DNA from: an uncultured bacterium
Lineage (GTDB): Bacteria; Patescibacteriota; Minisyncoccia; Phycocordibacterales; GWA1-40-21
Length of the DNA: 64,000 nt
Direction: 5' to 3'
NCBI GenBank assembly: GCA_963716205.1
Contig: OY970290.1
Location: 239,417 to 303,416, forward strand
Of the stretch, positions 38,076 to 47,398 are shown in pieces; position 1 is the first letter of the stretch; each line of letters opens with the position of its first letter. A program made the translations under genes and the position numbers. A model generated the notes under the pieces. The model did not search any database. It was not told where the DNA came from and saw only the letters and a program-made list of their open reading frames with translations.

Positions 38076-38639
38076 ATGAAAAAGTTCTTTACAATATTGT
38101 TCATGTTCTTGGTGTTTTCATTGATCCAAAATTCTGCTCTCACCCAGACGAATGGGAAATTTCCAGTTTGGCAGACCGTCCTCGGCACGAATATCAATAG
38201 CGCTGACGGTTTCCGCGGAGCTTTGAGATTACAGAGTTACAAAATCGATGATATGGCGGATTTCATTCTCGGAAAGATTATTTTTCCGACGGATGAGACC
38301 AAGTTAATCAAGCTGGTTAAAGTATCAATGAAGGATCTTGGTTTGAAAGATGATACAACCGGAATTGATATTTATAAAAAAGCAGTGGGGCAGGGATTAC
38401 AACTTTGTCCACGTGAAGTTGGTCCAAGACTTGCTCTGCAATATATGGATCAGCCAAACGGTGATGAAGTAGTCGTTGCTTCAGAACCGATTGCTGGTCC
38501 GAGCGCCATGCCGGTGTCCCTTGTTTTTCGAATCAGCCGACTTGTTGACGGTGTGCATTTGCTCGAAGTCGCAAGCGGTGATTTGAATCATGTTTGGCAT
38601 CCGTCTTCTGACACAAAATTTATTTTTATGTTACCGTAA
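38076..38639 (+). CDS. hypothetical secreted protein (paralog of 38759..39208)
   Basis: Signal peptide. Shares FPVW[QK]T and V[KR]VS[MI][KE]DLG motifs with the downstream ORF. Confidence 0.55.
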   Translation: MKKFFTILFMFLVFSLIQNSALTQTNGKFPVWQTVLGTNINSADGFRGALRLQSYKIDDMADFILGKIIFPTDETKLIKLVKVSMKDLGLKDDTTGIDIYKKAVGQGLQLCPREVGPRLALQYMDQPNGDEVVVASEPIAGPSAMPVSLVFRISRLVDGVHLLEVASGDLNHVWHPSSDTKFIFMLP

Positions 38640-38658
38640 GGCAAACGCAGAAATAAAA

Positions 38659-38682
38659 GCCCTCGAATCCGAGGGCTTTTTT
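38659..38682 (+). terminator. rho-independent terminator
   Basis: Stem gccctcg/cgagggc with an aatc loop, followed by ttttttg. Confidence 0.75.
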
Positions 38683-38758
38683 GTTTGACAAAATATGAAA
38701 TCTACGATAAAATGACAACTGAAGGTTTAAAACCAATGTTGTTTGAAGGAGGAAGTGG

Positions 38759-39208
38759 ATGAAAAAGCTAATGCCGTTGTCATTATTTGCATTGTTTGTG
38801 TCTGTGGCGGTCGCAAATGCTTTTCCTGTTTGGAAAACTATTACGACTGAAAAAGGGAATATTCATCTGGTTCGAGTGAGCATTGAAGATCTTGGTTTCG
38901 AATATAACCCGACCTATATCGAGATAAATGCTCGCGCAATTGATCTTGGTTTGCAATCTGGATCAGAGAAAATTGCAAATGAATTGCGCGGGCAATATAA
39001 AGATCAGCAGGCTGGCGAACATCTTTATGTAATGACCAATCCGGTAAATGGGAAGTTCAAGGTTTATGATCTTTACCGTTCAGAGAAGAGGATAGATGAA
39101 CCTTACTCGACATTGCATAGTGATGACGAGACGAAAGATTTCCTTGACGACTACAAGTATGATTATAAATCAGTTGGCGAACACTACTTTGTGTTCGTTA
39201 CCAAATGA
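38759..39208 (+). CDS. hypothetical secreted protein (paralog)
   Basis: Signal peptide with an SD (ggaggaagtggATG). Confidence 0.55.
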   Translation: MKKLMPLSLFALFVSVAVANAFPVWKTITTEKGNIHLVRVSIEDLGFEYNPTYIEINARAIDLGLQSGSEKIANELRGQYKDQQAGEHLYVMTNPVNGKFKVYDLYRSEKRIDEPYSTLHSDDETKDFLDDYKYDYKSVGEHYFVFVTK

Positions 39209-39219
39209 TTTTTGTTTGA

Positions 39220-39256
39220 GGCCTTGCGGGTTATACCGCAGGGCCTTTATTTTTTC
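39220..39256 (+). terminator. rho-independent terminator
   Basis: 10-bp stem ggccttgcgg/ccgcagggcc followed by a T-run. The minus-strand gene's stop lies inside the stem. Confidence 0.75.
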
Positions 39257-40349
39257 TTGTTAAAATCCACACGGAAACCAAAGTCGTAATGGGCACCGCA
39301 AGAATGAGCCCAATCGAGCCGATCATAATGCGTACGATTTCCGCGGAGAAAATTTCTTTGTTGATCATATAGGCGAGGTTTCCCGTTTGCAAAATATAAA
39401 ATAAGAGCAAAAGCGGCAATGCGACGCCGACATAGGCGATTGCCAGAGTGTTGACAAGAGCGCCGATATGCTCGCGTCCCATGCGAATGGCACGCTCATA
39501 TAATTTTCGCTTCGGCATATCCGGTGCAGCAGTTTTTAATTCTTCAACGGCGATCGCTTGGCTTATGGCGACATCATAAAGCACACCAAGAAGCCCGATC
39601 ATGATTCCGCCGAGCAGAAGTCCGAGCATATTGATTGAGCCGTTTGTGCCCAGATTCAAAGACACTGCTTCTTCAGTCCCGTAGCCAGTCAGATACGTGA
39701 AATGCACTGCCCATGTAGCGAGTGCTCCGGTGATAGCGATAGTTGCAATCATGCCGAGTACCGCTGAAGTGGTTGTTTTATTAAATCCATGCGTGATATA
39801 TGAACCGATGATAATAATAAGCGCTGAAATGCCGAGCGTCATCAATATCGGCGAGAAGCCGTGCAAAATTCCTGGGAGCAGGACAAAAACAATCAATGCA
39901 AAACTTCCGATCAAGCTGATTAATCCGCGCACACCTTGCCGTCCGCCAAAAATAAAAAGCATAAGAAGAAAAATCCCGACAAGAGTCATGACTTCGGGCA
40001 AGCGATACGGCTCATCGACCGAATATGAGTCGGTTCCTCCGGCAAGTGTGGCCGGCGTGTATGTTGTATAGAAAATTTCGCCTTTTGTCAGATTATAATA
40101 ATCATTATCCACAGTAACAATAGTTCCTGTTTTATTACCATCAAGAATTTCCGCCTGAATGACCTGATAATTGCTTTTAAGATTTGTTCCGGGAACATTT
40201 TCAATCTGCTGGCTTACAATATCAAGCACCTGTGCTTTCAAGGTACTGACCGCGGTTACTGTTTCTTCTCCGTTCGTTTGCGCGTGCACAATTCCAAAAA
40301 AAGAAAAGAAAATGATGAAAAACAAACCGGAAAAAAATATTTTTTTCAT
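39231..40349 (-). CDS. YibE/F-like polytopic membrane protein
   Basis: 372 aa. Signal or TM segment, about 100-aa extracytoplasmic domain, then 7-8 TM helices. Confidence 0.55.
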   Translation of the reverse strand: MKKIFFSGLFFIIFFSFFGIVHAQTNGEETVTAVSTLKAQVLDIVSQQIENVPGTNLKSNYQVIQAEILDGNKTGTIVTVDNDYYNLTKGEIFYTTYTPATLAGGTDSYSVDEPYRLPEVMTLVGIFLLMLFIFGGRQGVRGLISLIGSFALIVFVLLPGILHGFSPILMTLGISALIIIIGSYITHGFNKTTTSAVLGMIATIAITGALATWAVHFTYLTGYGTEEAVSLNLGTNGSINMLGLLLGGIMIGLLGVLYDVAISQAIAVEELKTAAPDMPKRKLYERAIRMGREHIGALVNTLAIAYVGVALPLLLLFYILQTGNLAYMINKEIFSAEIVRIMIGSIGLILAVPITTLVSVWILTRKNKGPAV

Positions 40350-40475
40350 AGATTCATTCTAACTTTTTAAAGATAATTTGTATATTATTATTTTTTATGA
40401 ATATATTTGTATATATTTTAAATACATGGTATAATTCTTCTTAGACGTTTGACATATCATTTTGGGGAGGAAGTC

Positions 40476-41171
40476 ATGACATCATTTCTGGTGGCAGTAT
40501 TCGCGGGAATCGCTACATTTTTTGGTGGAAAACTCGCGCTCAAGTTTCGCGACAAAATTCACTTCATGTTAAGTGTCAGCGCGGGAGCAGTAATGGCCGT
40601 TGCGTTTTATGATCTCTTGACAGAAGCTTTGGAGACAGGAAAAGAATTCAGCTACGAACCAAAAACCATTATCGCATGCTGCAGTATCGGCTGGATTCTC
40701 TACATGCTGCTTGATCGCTGGGCAGGCAAAGACGGAGATACTCGCGGAAATTTAGGAGCAGGGAGTCTTACAATTCATAGCTTATTTGATGGTCTTGCTA
40801 TAGGATTGTCATTTGCGTGGTCGGATAAAACAGGTTGGCTTGTGTCAGTTGCAATTTTAGCCCATGATCTTTCCGATGGAATGAACACGGTCAATCTGAG
40901 TATGTTTGGCAATGGGCGAAAGGAGATTGCTGAACGATGGCTCTACGCAGATGCCTTTGCTCCTTTTGTCGGAGTTTGCCTCACACATTTGTTTATCATT
41001 CCTCGTGTGTATACCCCGATTATTTTTGCTGTTCTTTCAGGTTTTTTCTTTTATATCGGAGGAAGCAATTTGGTCATAGAAAGTTACCATAAACACAAAA
41101 AATTTTGGATAACTGCTACGACTATCGCAACTATGGCGCTCCTATATTGGGTTATAGAAATTGCCGGATAA
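40476..41171 (+). CDS. ZIP-family divalent metal transporter (ZupT-like)
   Basis: HSLFDGLAIG and LAHDLSDGM metal-binding-type motifs in TM helices. SD ggggaggaag upstream of the ATG. Confidence 0.65.
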   Translation: MTSFLVAVFAGIATFFGGKLALKFRDKIHFMLSVSAGAVMAVAFYDLLTEALETGKEFSYEPKTIIACCSIGWILYMLLDRWAGKDGDTRGNLGAGSLTIHSLFDGLAIGLSFAWSDKTGWLVSVAILAHDLSDGMNTVNLSMFGNGRKEIAERWLYADAFAPFVGVCLTHLFIIPRVYTPIIFAVLSGFFFYIGGSNLVIESYHKHKKFWITATTIATMALLYWVIEIAG

Positions 41172-41267
41172 AGAAGCCAGTTTTATTGCAATGAAATCCG
41201 CATTATTACAAATGGTGCGGATTTTTTATTGCCCAAAGTTGAAAAAATGCTATAAATAAAGTTCGAA

Positions 41268-42341
41268 ATGAAAGCAAAGAAACAAAAAGTATTTGTGGGA
41301 ATGTCCGGCGGAGTGGACAGCTCGGCATCTGCAGCATTGCTGAAAGAACAAGGATATGATGTTATCGGAGTTTTTATCAAGGTCTGGCAGCCAGAGTTTT
41401 TTGAGTGTACCTGGCGGCAGGATCGCCTTGATGCCATGCGCGTCTGTGCCAAGCTTGATATTCCGTTTATTACTCTGAATCTTGAAAAAGAATACAAAAA
41501 AGAAGTAGTGGAGTATATGATCAACGAATATAAAGCGGGGCGGACGCCGAACCCAGATGTCATGTGCAACAAATACATCAAGTTCGGCGGATTTTTTGAT
41601 TTTGCAATGAAGCACGGCGCGGATTTTGTTGCTACAGGGCATTATGCACGGGTGAAAAATATAAAAAATAAAACTGAACTTTTGGCAGGAAAGGATACAA
41701 ATAAAGATCAGTCGTATTTTCTCTGGACTTTGACGCAAAAGCAATTGGCAAAAACTTTATTTCCGATAGGCGATATTGATAAGCCGGAAGTGCGAAAACT
41801 CGCGGAAAAATTTGGTTTGGCGACAGCGGTGAAAAAAGACAGCCAAGGGCTTTGCTTTATCGGTAAGATCGATATGAAAGATTTCTTGAAAAATTATATC
41901 AAAGAAAAAAAAGGAAATGTGTTGAATGAAAAGGGGGAAATCATCGGTGAACACGATGGAGCGTTTTATCTGACGATCGGACAGCGGCATGGTTTCCGGA
42001 TTTTGGAAAAAACTCCGTCTGATGCGCCGTATTATATTGTTGAAAAAAATGTCATGAAAAATATCATTATCGTCTCGCAAAATCCGAAGAAAATTTCAGG
42101 GCAGGCATCAAAAATCGTGAAATTAAAAAATGTCAGCTGGACGGCAGGCGAGCCAAAATTATCAAAAAAATATTCCGCGCGCATTCGCTACCGAGCACCA
42201 CTTGAAGCTTGCAGGATAAAAAAATCCAGCGGAAATTTTGAGCTTCATTTCAAAAATCCGCAAAAAGCGGTTACGGAAGGTCAGTCTGCAGTTATGTATG
42301 ATAAAGAAATTTGTTTGGGAGGTGGAATAATCAGTGATTGA
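41268..42341 (+). CDS. mnmA: tRNA-specific 2-thiouridylase MnmA
   Basis: PP-loop VGMSGGVDSS, conserved Cys, 357 aa. Confidence 0.9.
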   Translation: MKAKKQKVFVGMSGGVDSSASAALLKEQGYDVIGVFIKVWQPEFFECTWRQDRLDAMRVCAKLDIPFITLNLEKEYKKEVVEYMINEYKAGRTPNPDVMCNKYIKFGGFFDFAMKHGADFVATGHYARVKNIKNKTELLAGKDTNKDQSYFLWTLTQKQLAKTLFPIGDIDKPEVRKLAEKFGLATAVKKDSQGLCFIGKIDMKDFLKNYIKEKKGNVLNEKGEIIGEHDGAFYLTIGQRHGFRILEKTPSDAPYYIVEKNVMKNIIIVSQNPKKISGQASKIVKLKNVSWTAGEPKLSKKYSARIRYRAPLEACRIKKSSGNFELHFKNPQKAVTEGQSAVMYDKEICLGGGIISD

Positions 42342-42406
42342 CACATCTAAATTTTGAGTGTATTTTTAATTGCAGAAAGATCTTAAATTCAAAGGAGGTG
42401 CTTTTC

Positions 42407-42844
42407 GTGCTTGAACTGACAATGAATAGTCCGATAACCGTTGAGAAAGTTTTGCAGGCTCTTGGGAGAGCTTACGAAGAGCGTATACGTGAATATTTGC
42501 GAAATGAACAATCTCCTATGCTTCCGGAACTAGAATCATTGAGTGAGTTCGTTGATATTACGGAATTTTCTCCAAAGAGTCTCATTGATTCCGCAGACTT
42601 GTTTTATAAGTGTTTTGAAAATGTTCTTTTACGTTTTCGATCCATGCAAACAAAGAATGAACATATTACTCATACACATGAGGAGTTTGAAGCTCTTAAA
42701 AAATGTGTTCAGCTTGCTACCTTGAGAGAGTGCGGCACATTGATCCAGTGCTATTACGATGAGAGCGTAGACTGGGCATTCGGCTACATTGTCGTAGAAA
42801 CAGCAAAAAAGGTAATGCGTGGCGAACAACTTCAGGACAGGTAA
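42407..42844 (+). CDS. hypothetical protein
   Basis: GTG start 8 nt after the SD aaaggagg. A terminator follows. Confidence 0.45.
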   Translation: MLELTMNSPITVEKVLQALGRAYEERIREYLRNEQSPMLPELESLSEFVDITEFSPKSLIDSADLFYKCFENVLLRFRSMQTKNEHITHTHEEFEALKKCVQLATLRECGTLIQCYYDESVDWAFGYIVVETAKKVMRGEQLQDR

Positions 42845-42854
42845 CAATTTAAGT

Positions 42855-42888
42855 TCGCGGTGTCAGTACTGACACCGCGACTTTTTAA
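42855..42888 (+). terminator. rho-independent terminator
   Basis: 26-nt perfect palindrome tcgcggtgtcagtactgacaccgcga followed by ttttt. Confidence 0.8.
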
Positions 42889-42926
42889 TTTTTTCATTTT
42901 CGTCCTTTATGATACCATAATATCGT

Positions 42927-43778
42927 ATGCAAAACTTCTCTGTCATCAAGCAAAACGGCGAGCGGCAGGCTTTTGATCCGAGAAAACTCGAGGCGTCTTT
43001 GCGGAAAATAGGCACCAAAGAATCCGTCATTCAGGAAGTTCTTATCGAAGTCGGCAAAAAAGCTTTTGACGGCATTACGACTGCGCAGATTTATCGCAAT
43101 GCATATTCTATCCTCCGCAAAAAACACAGACCGACTGCCATCCGGTATTCTTTGAAAAAAGCCGTCGCATCGCTTGGTCCGACCGGCTTTCCGTTTGAGA
43201 AATTCGTGGCGGAAATTTTCAAAGCGCAAGGATATGAAACATTGACGGACCAGATTGTCAAAGGCAAATGCGTGGAACATGAAATCGATATCGTGGCGTG
43301 GAAAAATGAAGAACTAATCATGGTCGAAGCAAAATTCCACACGGATTTCAATCTGAAATCAGATCTGAAAATAGTTTTATATGTCAAAGCCCGCTACGAT
43401 GATATTTTTGGCAACAATTACACCTTTGGCGCAAAAGTCAGAAAGCTGACGGAGGGTTGGATTATTACAAATACCAAATTCAGCGCGACTGCGATCCAAT
43501 ACGGCGCATGTCAGCCAGCACTTAAATTTATCGGCTGGAATTATCCGCATGACAACGATCTCCATCACATGATAGCAAAGTATGGTCTGATACCGCTGAC
43601 AGCGCTTACTTCATTGAATACAATGGAAAAAGGATTATTGCTTTCTCGCGGAATCGTTTTGTCAAAAGCGCTGCTTGATCGGAAAATCTTGGAGGATTTG
43701 AATTTTGATGATAGAAAAATCCGCTCCATTCAGGATGAAGTCAATGAGCTTGCGGTATCGCTCAAAGAAACTTTATAA
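42927..43778 (+). CDS. ATP-cone domain protein fused to a restriction-endonuclease-like (Mrr_cat-type PD-(D/E)xK) domain
   Basis: N-terminal VIKQNGERQAFDPRKLEASL.. is an ATP-cone. FEKFVAEIFKAQGYE..HEIDIVAW..VEAKFH is a Mrr-like catalytic core. Confidence 0.6.
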   Translation: MQNFSVIKQNGERQAFDPRKLEASLRKIGTKESVIQEVLIEVGKKAFDGITTAQIYRNAYSILRKKHRPTAIRYSLKKAVASLGPTGFPFEKFVAEIFKAQGYETLTDQIVKGKCVEHEIDIVAWKNEELIMVEAKFHTDFNLKSDLKIVLYVKARYDDIFGNNYTFGAKVRKLTEGWIITNTKFSATAIQYGACQPALKFIGWNYPHDNDLHHMIAKYGLIPLTALTSLNTMEKGLLLSRGIVLSKALLDRKILEDLNFDDRKIRSIQDEVNELAVSLKETL

Positions 43779-43780
43779 AT

Positions 43781-44371
43781 ATGCCGACAAAAACCGAACA
43801 ATTGAAAAAAATAAAAGATGAGGTTTTGAACTTGAAAGATTCTCCTTTATATCAATACCGAACAGAAAATAAATATTTTCCTGTCATCGGGGAGGGAAGC
43901 CATGATGCCGAAATCATGTTTGTCGGCGAAGCGCCCGGAAGAAATGAAGCAAAGACCGGCAGACCGTTTTGCGGTGCGGCGGGGAAAATTCTTGATACGC
44001 TTTTGGCGCATGCCGGTATCGAACGGAAAAATGTGTATATCACAAACATTGTCAAAGACCGTCCGCAACAAAACAGAGATCCCTTACCGAGCGAGATCAA
44101 AATATACGGCCCTTTTTTAGACCGACAGATTGATATTATCCAGCCGAAAATTATCGCTACACTCGGCAGATATTCGATGGATTATATTATGAAGAAATTC
44201 GACCTTATTTCTGAACTTCAGCCGATAGGAAAAGCTCACGGAAAGGAGTTTGAGGCGCAAGCGAGCTATGGACCCATAAAAATAGCCGTTTTATACCATC
44301 CCGCTGTTGCTGTTTATGATTCGCGCAAAATTGACGAATTGAAAAAAGATTTTGAAATTTTGAAGAAATAA
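43781..44371 (+). CDS. uracil-DNA glycosylase, family 4
   Basis: MFVGEAPG and GRPFCGAAGKILD motifs, with HPA near the C-terminus. Confidence 0.8.
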   Translation: MPTKTEQLKKIKDEVLNLKDSPLYQYRTENKYFPVIGEGSHDAEIMFVGEAPGRNEAKTGRPFCGAAGKILDTLLAHAGIERKNVYITNIVKDRPQQNRDPLPSEIKIYGPFLDRQIDIIQPKIIATLGRYSMDYIMKKFDLISELQPIGKAHGKEFEAQASYGPIKIAVLYHPAVAVYDSRKIDELKKDFEILKK

Positions 44372-44426
44372 TACCTCTTGATATAATACATATCTAAACT
44401 TTTTAAAAATTTAATTTAATAAAATT

Positions 44427-45008
44427 ATGTACGAACAGAAAAATTTCGACGGTTTGCTTGGGATAAAAGGTTTGAGCGACACGATGCTCAAAAATCATTT
44501 CACGCTCTATGGCGGCTATGTGACGAATTTCAATAAGCTTAATGATACTTTAGTTGCAATGGAAAAAGACGGAAAATTTGGCGCATCGGAATACGCGGAG
44601 CTCAATCGCCGGCTCGGCTGGGAATGGAACGGTATGCGATTGCATGAGCTTTACTTTGAAAATATGACGAAAAATTTCTTGCCAATGAATAAAAATTCTG
44701 AATTATCAAAAAATATTGTGAAAGAATTCGGTTCATTTGAAATGTGGGAAAAAGATTTCAGGTCAATGGCAGCGATGCGAGGCATCGGCTGGATTATTCT
44801 TTATCATGACACAAAAGTAAACAGACTTTTCAATATCTGGGTCAATGAGCACGATGTCGGTCATCTTGCCGGCGCAACACCGCTTTTGGTGATGGATGTC
44901 TTCGAACATGCCTACATGACTGACTACGGCATCAAGCGCGTGGATTATATCAATGTGTTCATGCAGAGTATTGATTGGAAGGAAGTGGAAGGAAGAATGG
45001 AAAAATGA
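44427..45008 (+). CDS. Fe/Mn superoxide dismutase-like protein
   Basis: DVFEHAYM (compare D-x-WEHAYY) and an N-terminal HH-like helix region. 193 aa. Confidence 0.6.
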   Translation: MYEQKNFDGLLGIKGLSDTMLKNHFTLYGGYVTNFNKLNDTLVAMEKDGKFGASEYAELNRRLGWEWNGMRLHELYFENMTKNFLPMNKNSELSKNIVKEFGSFEMWEKDFRSMAAMRGIGWIILYHDTKVNRLFNIWVNEHDVGHLAGATPLLVMDVFEHAYMTDYGIKRVDYINVFMQSIDWKEVEGRMEK

Positions 45009-45066
45009 TACTATAGAAATGGAAAGTAACCTTGCAATTTTTAAAAATCCTTAAAGGAGGCAGGGC

Positions 45067-45459
45067 ATGGGAATGAACAGAAGCGAACTCATGGACAAAT
45101 TTCTTCTTGGTCTCATGTCTATTGATCCGGAAAGGTTGGAATCTTCAAAAATAAAGATCAATTACAGGGATGAATTCATAATTGGAACCATCAAAGATCG
45201 AGGGATGAGACGCCTACTCGGTTTTATCTGGCTGCTCAATAAAATCTTGGAAGATGAAATAGAATCTAACTCTGAAGAAATCGAGAAAATAAATTTTTTC
45301 ATCGAGACAGCGTGGAACAACTTTCAAAAATTTGCGGAAAAAGAATTTCCAGTGATCAGGGAATTCGATGATACATACGAATTTGGTTTCCGGGAAGGAT
45401 GGACGATGGTTATCGTGAGCAAGAGTCCAAATCGCAATCTTTTTTTAGGTTCAAGTTAG
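45067..45459 (+). CDS. hypothetical protein
   Basis: 130-aa ORF with an SD (aaggaggcagggcATG) and a downstream terminator. Confidence 0.45.
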   Translation: MGMNRSELMDKFLLGLMSIDPERLESSKIKINYRDEFIIGTIKDRGMRRLLGFIWLLNKILEDEIESNSEEIEKINFFIETAWNNFQKFAEKEFPVIREFDDTYEFGFREGWTMVIVSKSPNRNLFLGSS

Positions 45460-45477
45460 TTGCAGTTTTGTTTTAAA

Positions 45478-45511
45478 GGCTTTGGAGTTTCACAATTCCA
45501 AAGCCTTTTTA
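45478..45511 (+). terminator. rho-independent terminator
   Basis: Stem ggctttgga/tccaaagcc followed by ttttt. Confidence 0.7.
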
Positions 45512-45539
45512 ATTTCTCATTTTGTGTTATATTTTAAAA

Positions 45540-47369
45540 ATGCAATCATCCGAAATTCGAGAGCGATATATGAAATTCTTCGAGAAAAGAGGACATGCCA
45601 TCATTCCGTCTGCATCGCTCGTGCCTGAAAATGATCCGTCATCACTTTTTAATACCGCAGGAATGCAGCCGCTCGTGCCATATCTTTTGGGTGCAAAACA
45701 TCCTGCTGGAACGTGTCTTGTGGATGTCCAGAAATGCGTCCGCACTATAGATATTGAGGATGTCGGTGACAATCGCCACCTGACATTTTTTGAGATGCTT
45801 GGCAATTGGTCGCTCGGAGATTATTTCAAAAAGGAGGCGATTGAATACAGCATGGATTTTTTGACATCGAAATCTGAAGGTCTCGGACTTGATCCGAAGC
45901 GACTTTATATAACAGCGTTCAAAGGCGAAGATGGAATTCCGCGCGACGAAGATTCTATAAAATTTTGGAAAGAAAATTTTGAAAAGAAAAATATCAAAGC
46001 TGAAGTTGCTGGAACTAATGAAATGATAAAAGATGATATCAGGATCATTCCTCTTGGGAAAGATGACAATTTTTGGATTGCCGGAAATACCGGTCCGTGC
46101 GGACCGGATACGGAAATGTTTTATGATGTTGCCGAAGGCGGAAAAGTGGAAGGAGATTTTCATGACCTTGTGAAAGCGGGAAGAATTATCGAGATTTGGA
46201 ACGACGTGTTCATGGAATTCAATAAAACCGCGGACGGAAAATATGAAAGACTGAAAAAGCCGAATGTGGATACCGGCATGGGACTTGAGCGTACGACGGT
46301 GGTGATGCAAGGGAAAAATAATGTTTTTGAAACGGATATTTTCGCGCCGGTCATCGCTGAAATAAAAAAACTTGCCAGAAATTACAATGAAAAATCGGCA
46401 CGGATAATTGCCGACCACGTCCGTGCCGCAACATTTCTGATTGCCGACGGCGTTACACCGTCAAATACCGAGCAAGGTTACGTGCTCCGAAGGCTTTTGA
46501 GGAGGGCTGCCAGATGCGTGGATCAGATAGGCTTGGTCCAAGAAAGTAAAACCGAACGCAGCGACCTTTCGTATATCGCGGAATTATTCGTAAGGCAAAA
46601 TATGTCCGCGTATCCATATCTCGCTGCCGAATCTGATAAAATTTTCAAAGAAATCGAAATGGAGGAAGAAAAGTTCAGGAAAACTTTGGCAAATGGCTTG
46701 AAATCTTTTAATATGTTTGCTGCAAATGGTATTTCTGGTGAAGTAGCGTTCATGCTTTTTTCAACGTATGGTTTTCCTATTGAATTAACTGAAGAATTAG
46801 CCAGGGAAAGAGGTTTGAGCGTTGATAAGGTAAGTTTTAATTATTTCATGAAAAAACATCAAGAAATTTCTCGCGCTGGAAGTGAACAAAAATTCAAAGG
46901 CGGATTGGCATCAACAGGCGAGATGGAAACAAAATATCATACTGCGACGCACACACTTTTGGCGGCTTTGCAAAAAGTTTTGAAATCCGAAATCGTTCAG
47001 AAGGGAAGCAATATCACGGCGGAGCGATTGCGTTTTGATTTCAACTGGCCAGAGAAATTAACAGCGGAGCAATTGAAAGAAGTTGAGGATCTGGTGAATG
47101 AAAAGATCAAGGAAAAGCTTCCAGTCCAAATGATTGAGATGCCGAAAGAAGAGGCGCAGAAAATCGTCACGACATTCAACATTGATCTTTCAAAATATGC
47201 TGACACGGTCAAGGTGTATAAAATCGGCGTGAAAGACGGAAAATATTTCAGTATCGAATTCTGCGGCGGCCCGCATGTCAAAAATACCGGCGAGCTCGGA
47301 CATTTCAAAATCGTAAAAGAAGAAGCGTCAAGTGCCGGTGTCAGAAGGATCAAAGCGGTATTGGAATAA
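45540..47369 (+). CDS. alaS: alanine--tRNA ligase (short form: catalytic, tRNA-recognition, and editing domains, no C-Ala domain)
   Basis: Class II AlaRS motifs (FNTAGMQP, FFEMLGNWS), the editing-domain HTATH, and CGGPHV. Confidence 0.85.
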   Translation: MQSSEIRERYMKFFEKRGHAIIPSASLVPENDPSSLFNTAGMQPLVPYLLGAKHPAGTCLVDVQKCVRTIDIEDVGDNRHLTFFEMLGNWSLGDYFKKEAIEYSMDFLTSKSEGLGLDPKRLYITAFKGEDGIPRDEDSIKFWKENFEKKNIKAEVAGTNEMIKDDIRIIPLGKDDNFWIAGNTGPCGPDTEMFYDVAEGGKVEGDFHDLVKAGRIIEIWNDVFMEFNKTADGKYERLKKPNVDTGMGLERTTVVMQGKNNVFETDIFAPVIAEIKKLARNYNEKSARIIADHVRAATFLIADGVTPSNTEQGYVLRRLLRRAARCVDQIGLVQESKTERSDLSYIAELFVRQNMSAYPYLAAESDKIFKEIEMEEEKFRKTLANGLKSFNMFAANGISGEVAFMLFSTYGFPIELTEELARERGLSVDKVSFNYFMKKHQEISRAGSEQKFKGGLASTGEMETKYHTATHTLLAALQKVLKSEIVQKGSNITAERLRFDFNWPEKLTAEQLKEVEDLVNEKIKEKLPVQMIEMPKEEAQKIVTTFNIDLSKYADTVKVYKIGVKDGKYFSIEFCGGPHVKNTGELGHFKIVKEEASSAGVRRIKAVLE

Positions 47370-47398
47370 AATCAAAGAATTGTTATAATAGTGGGCAT

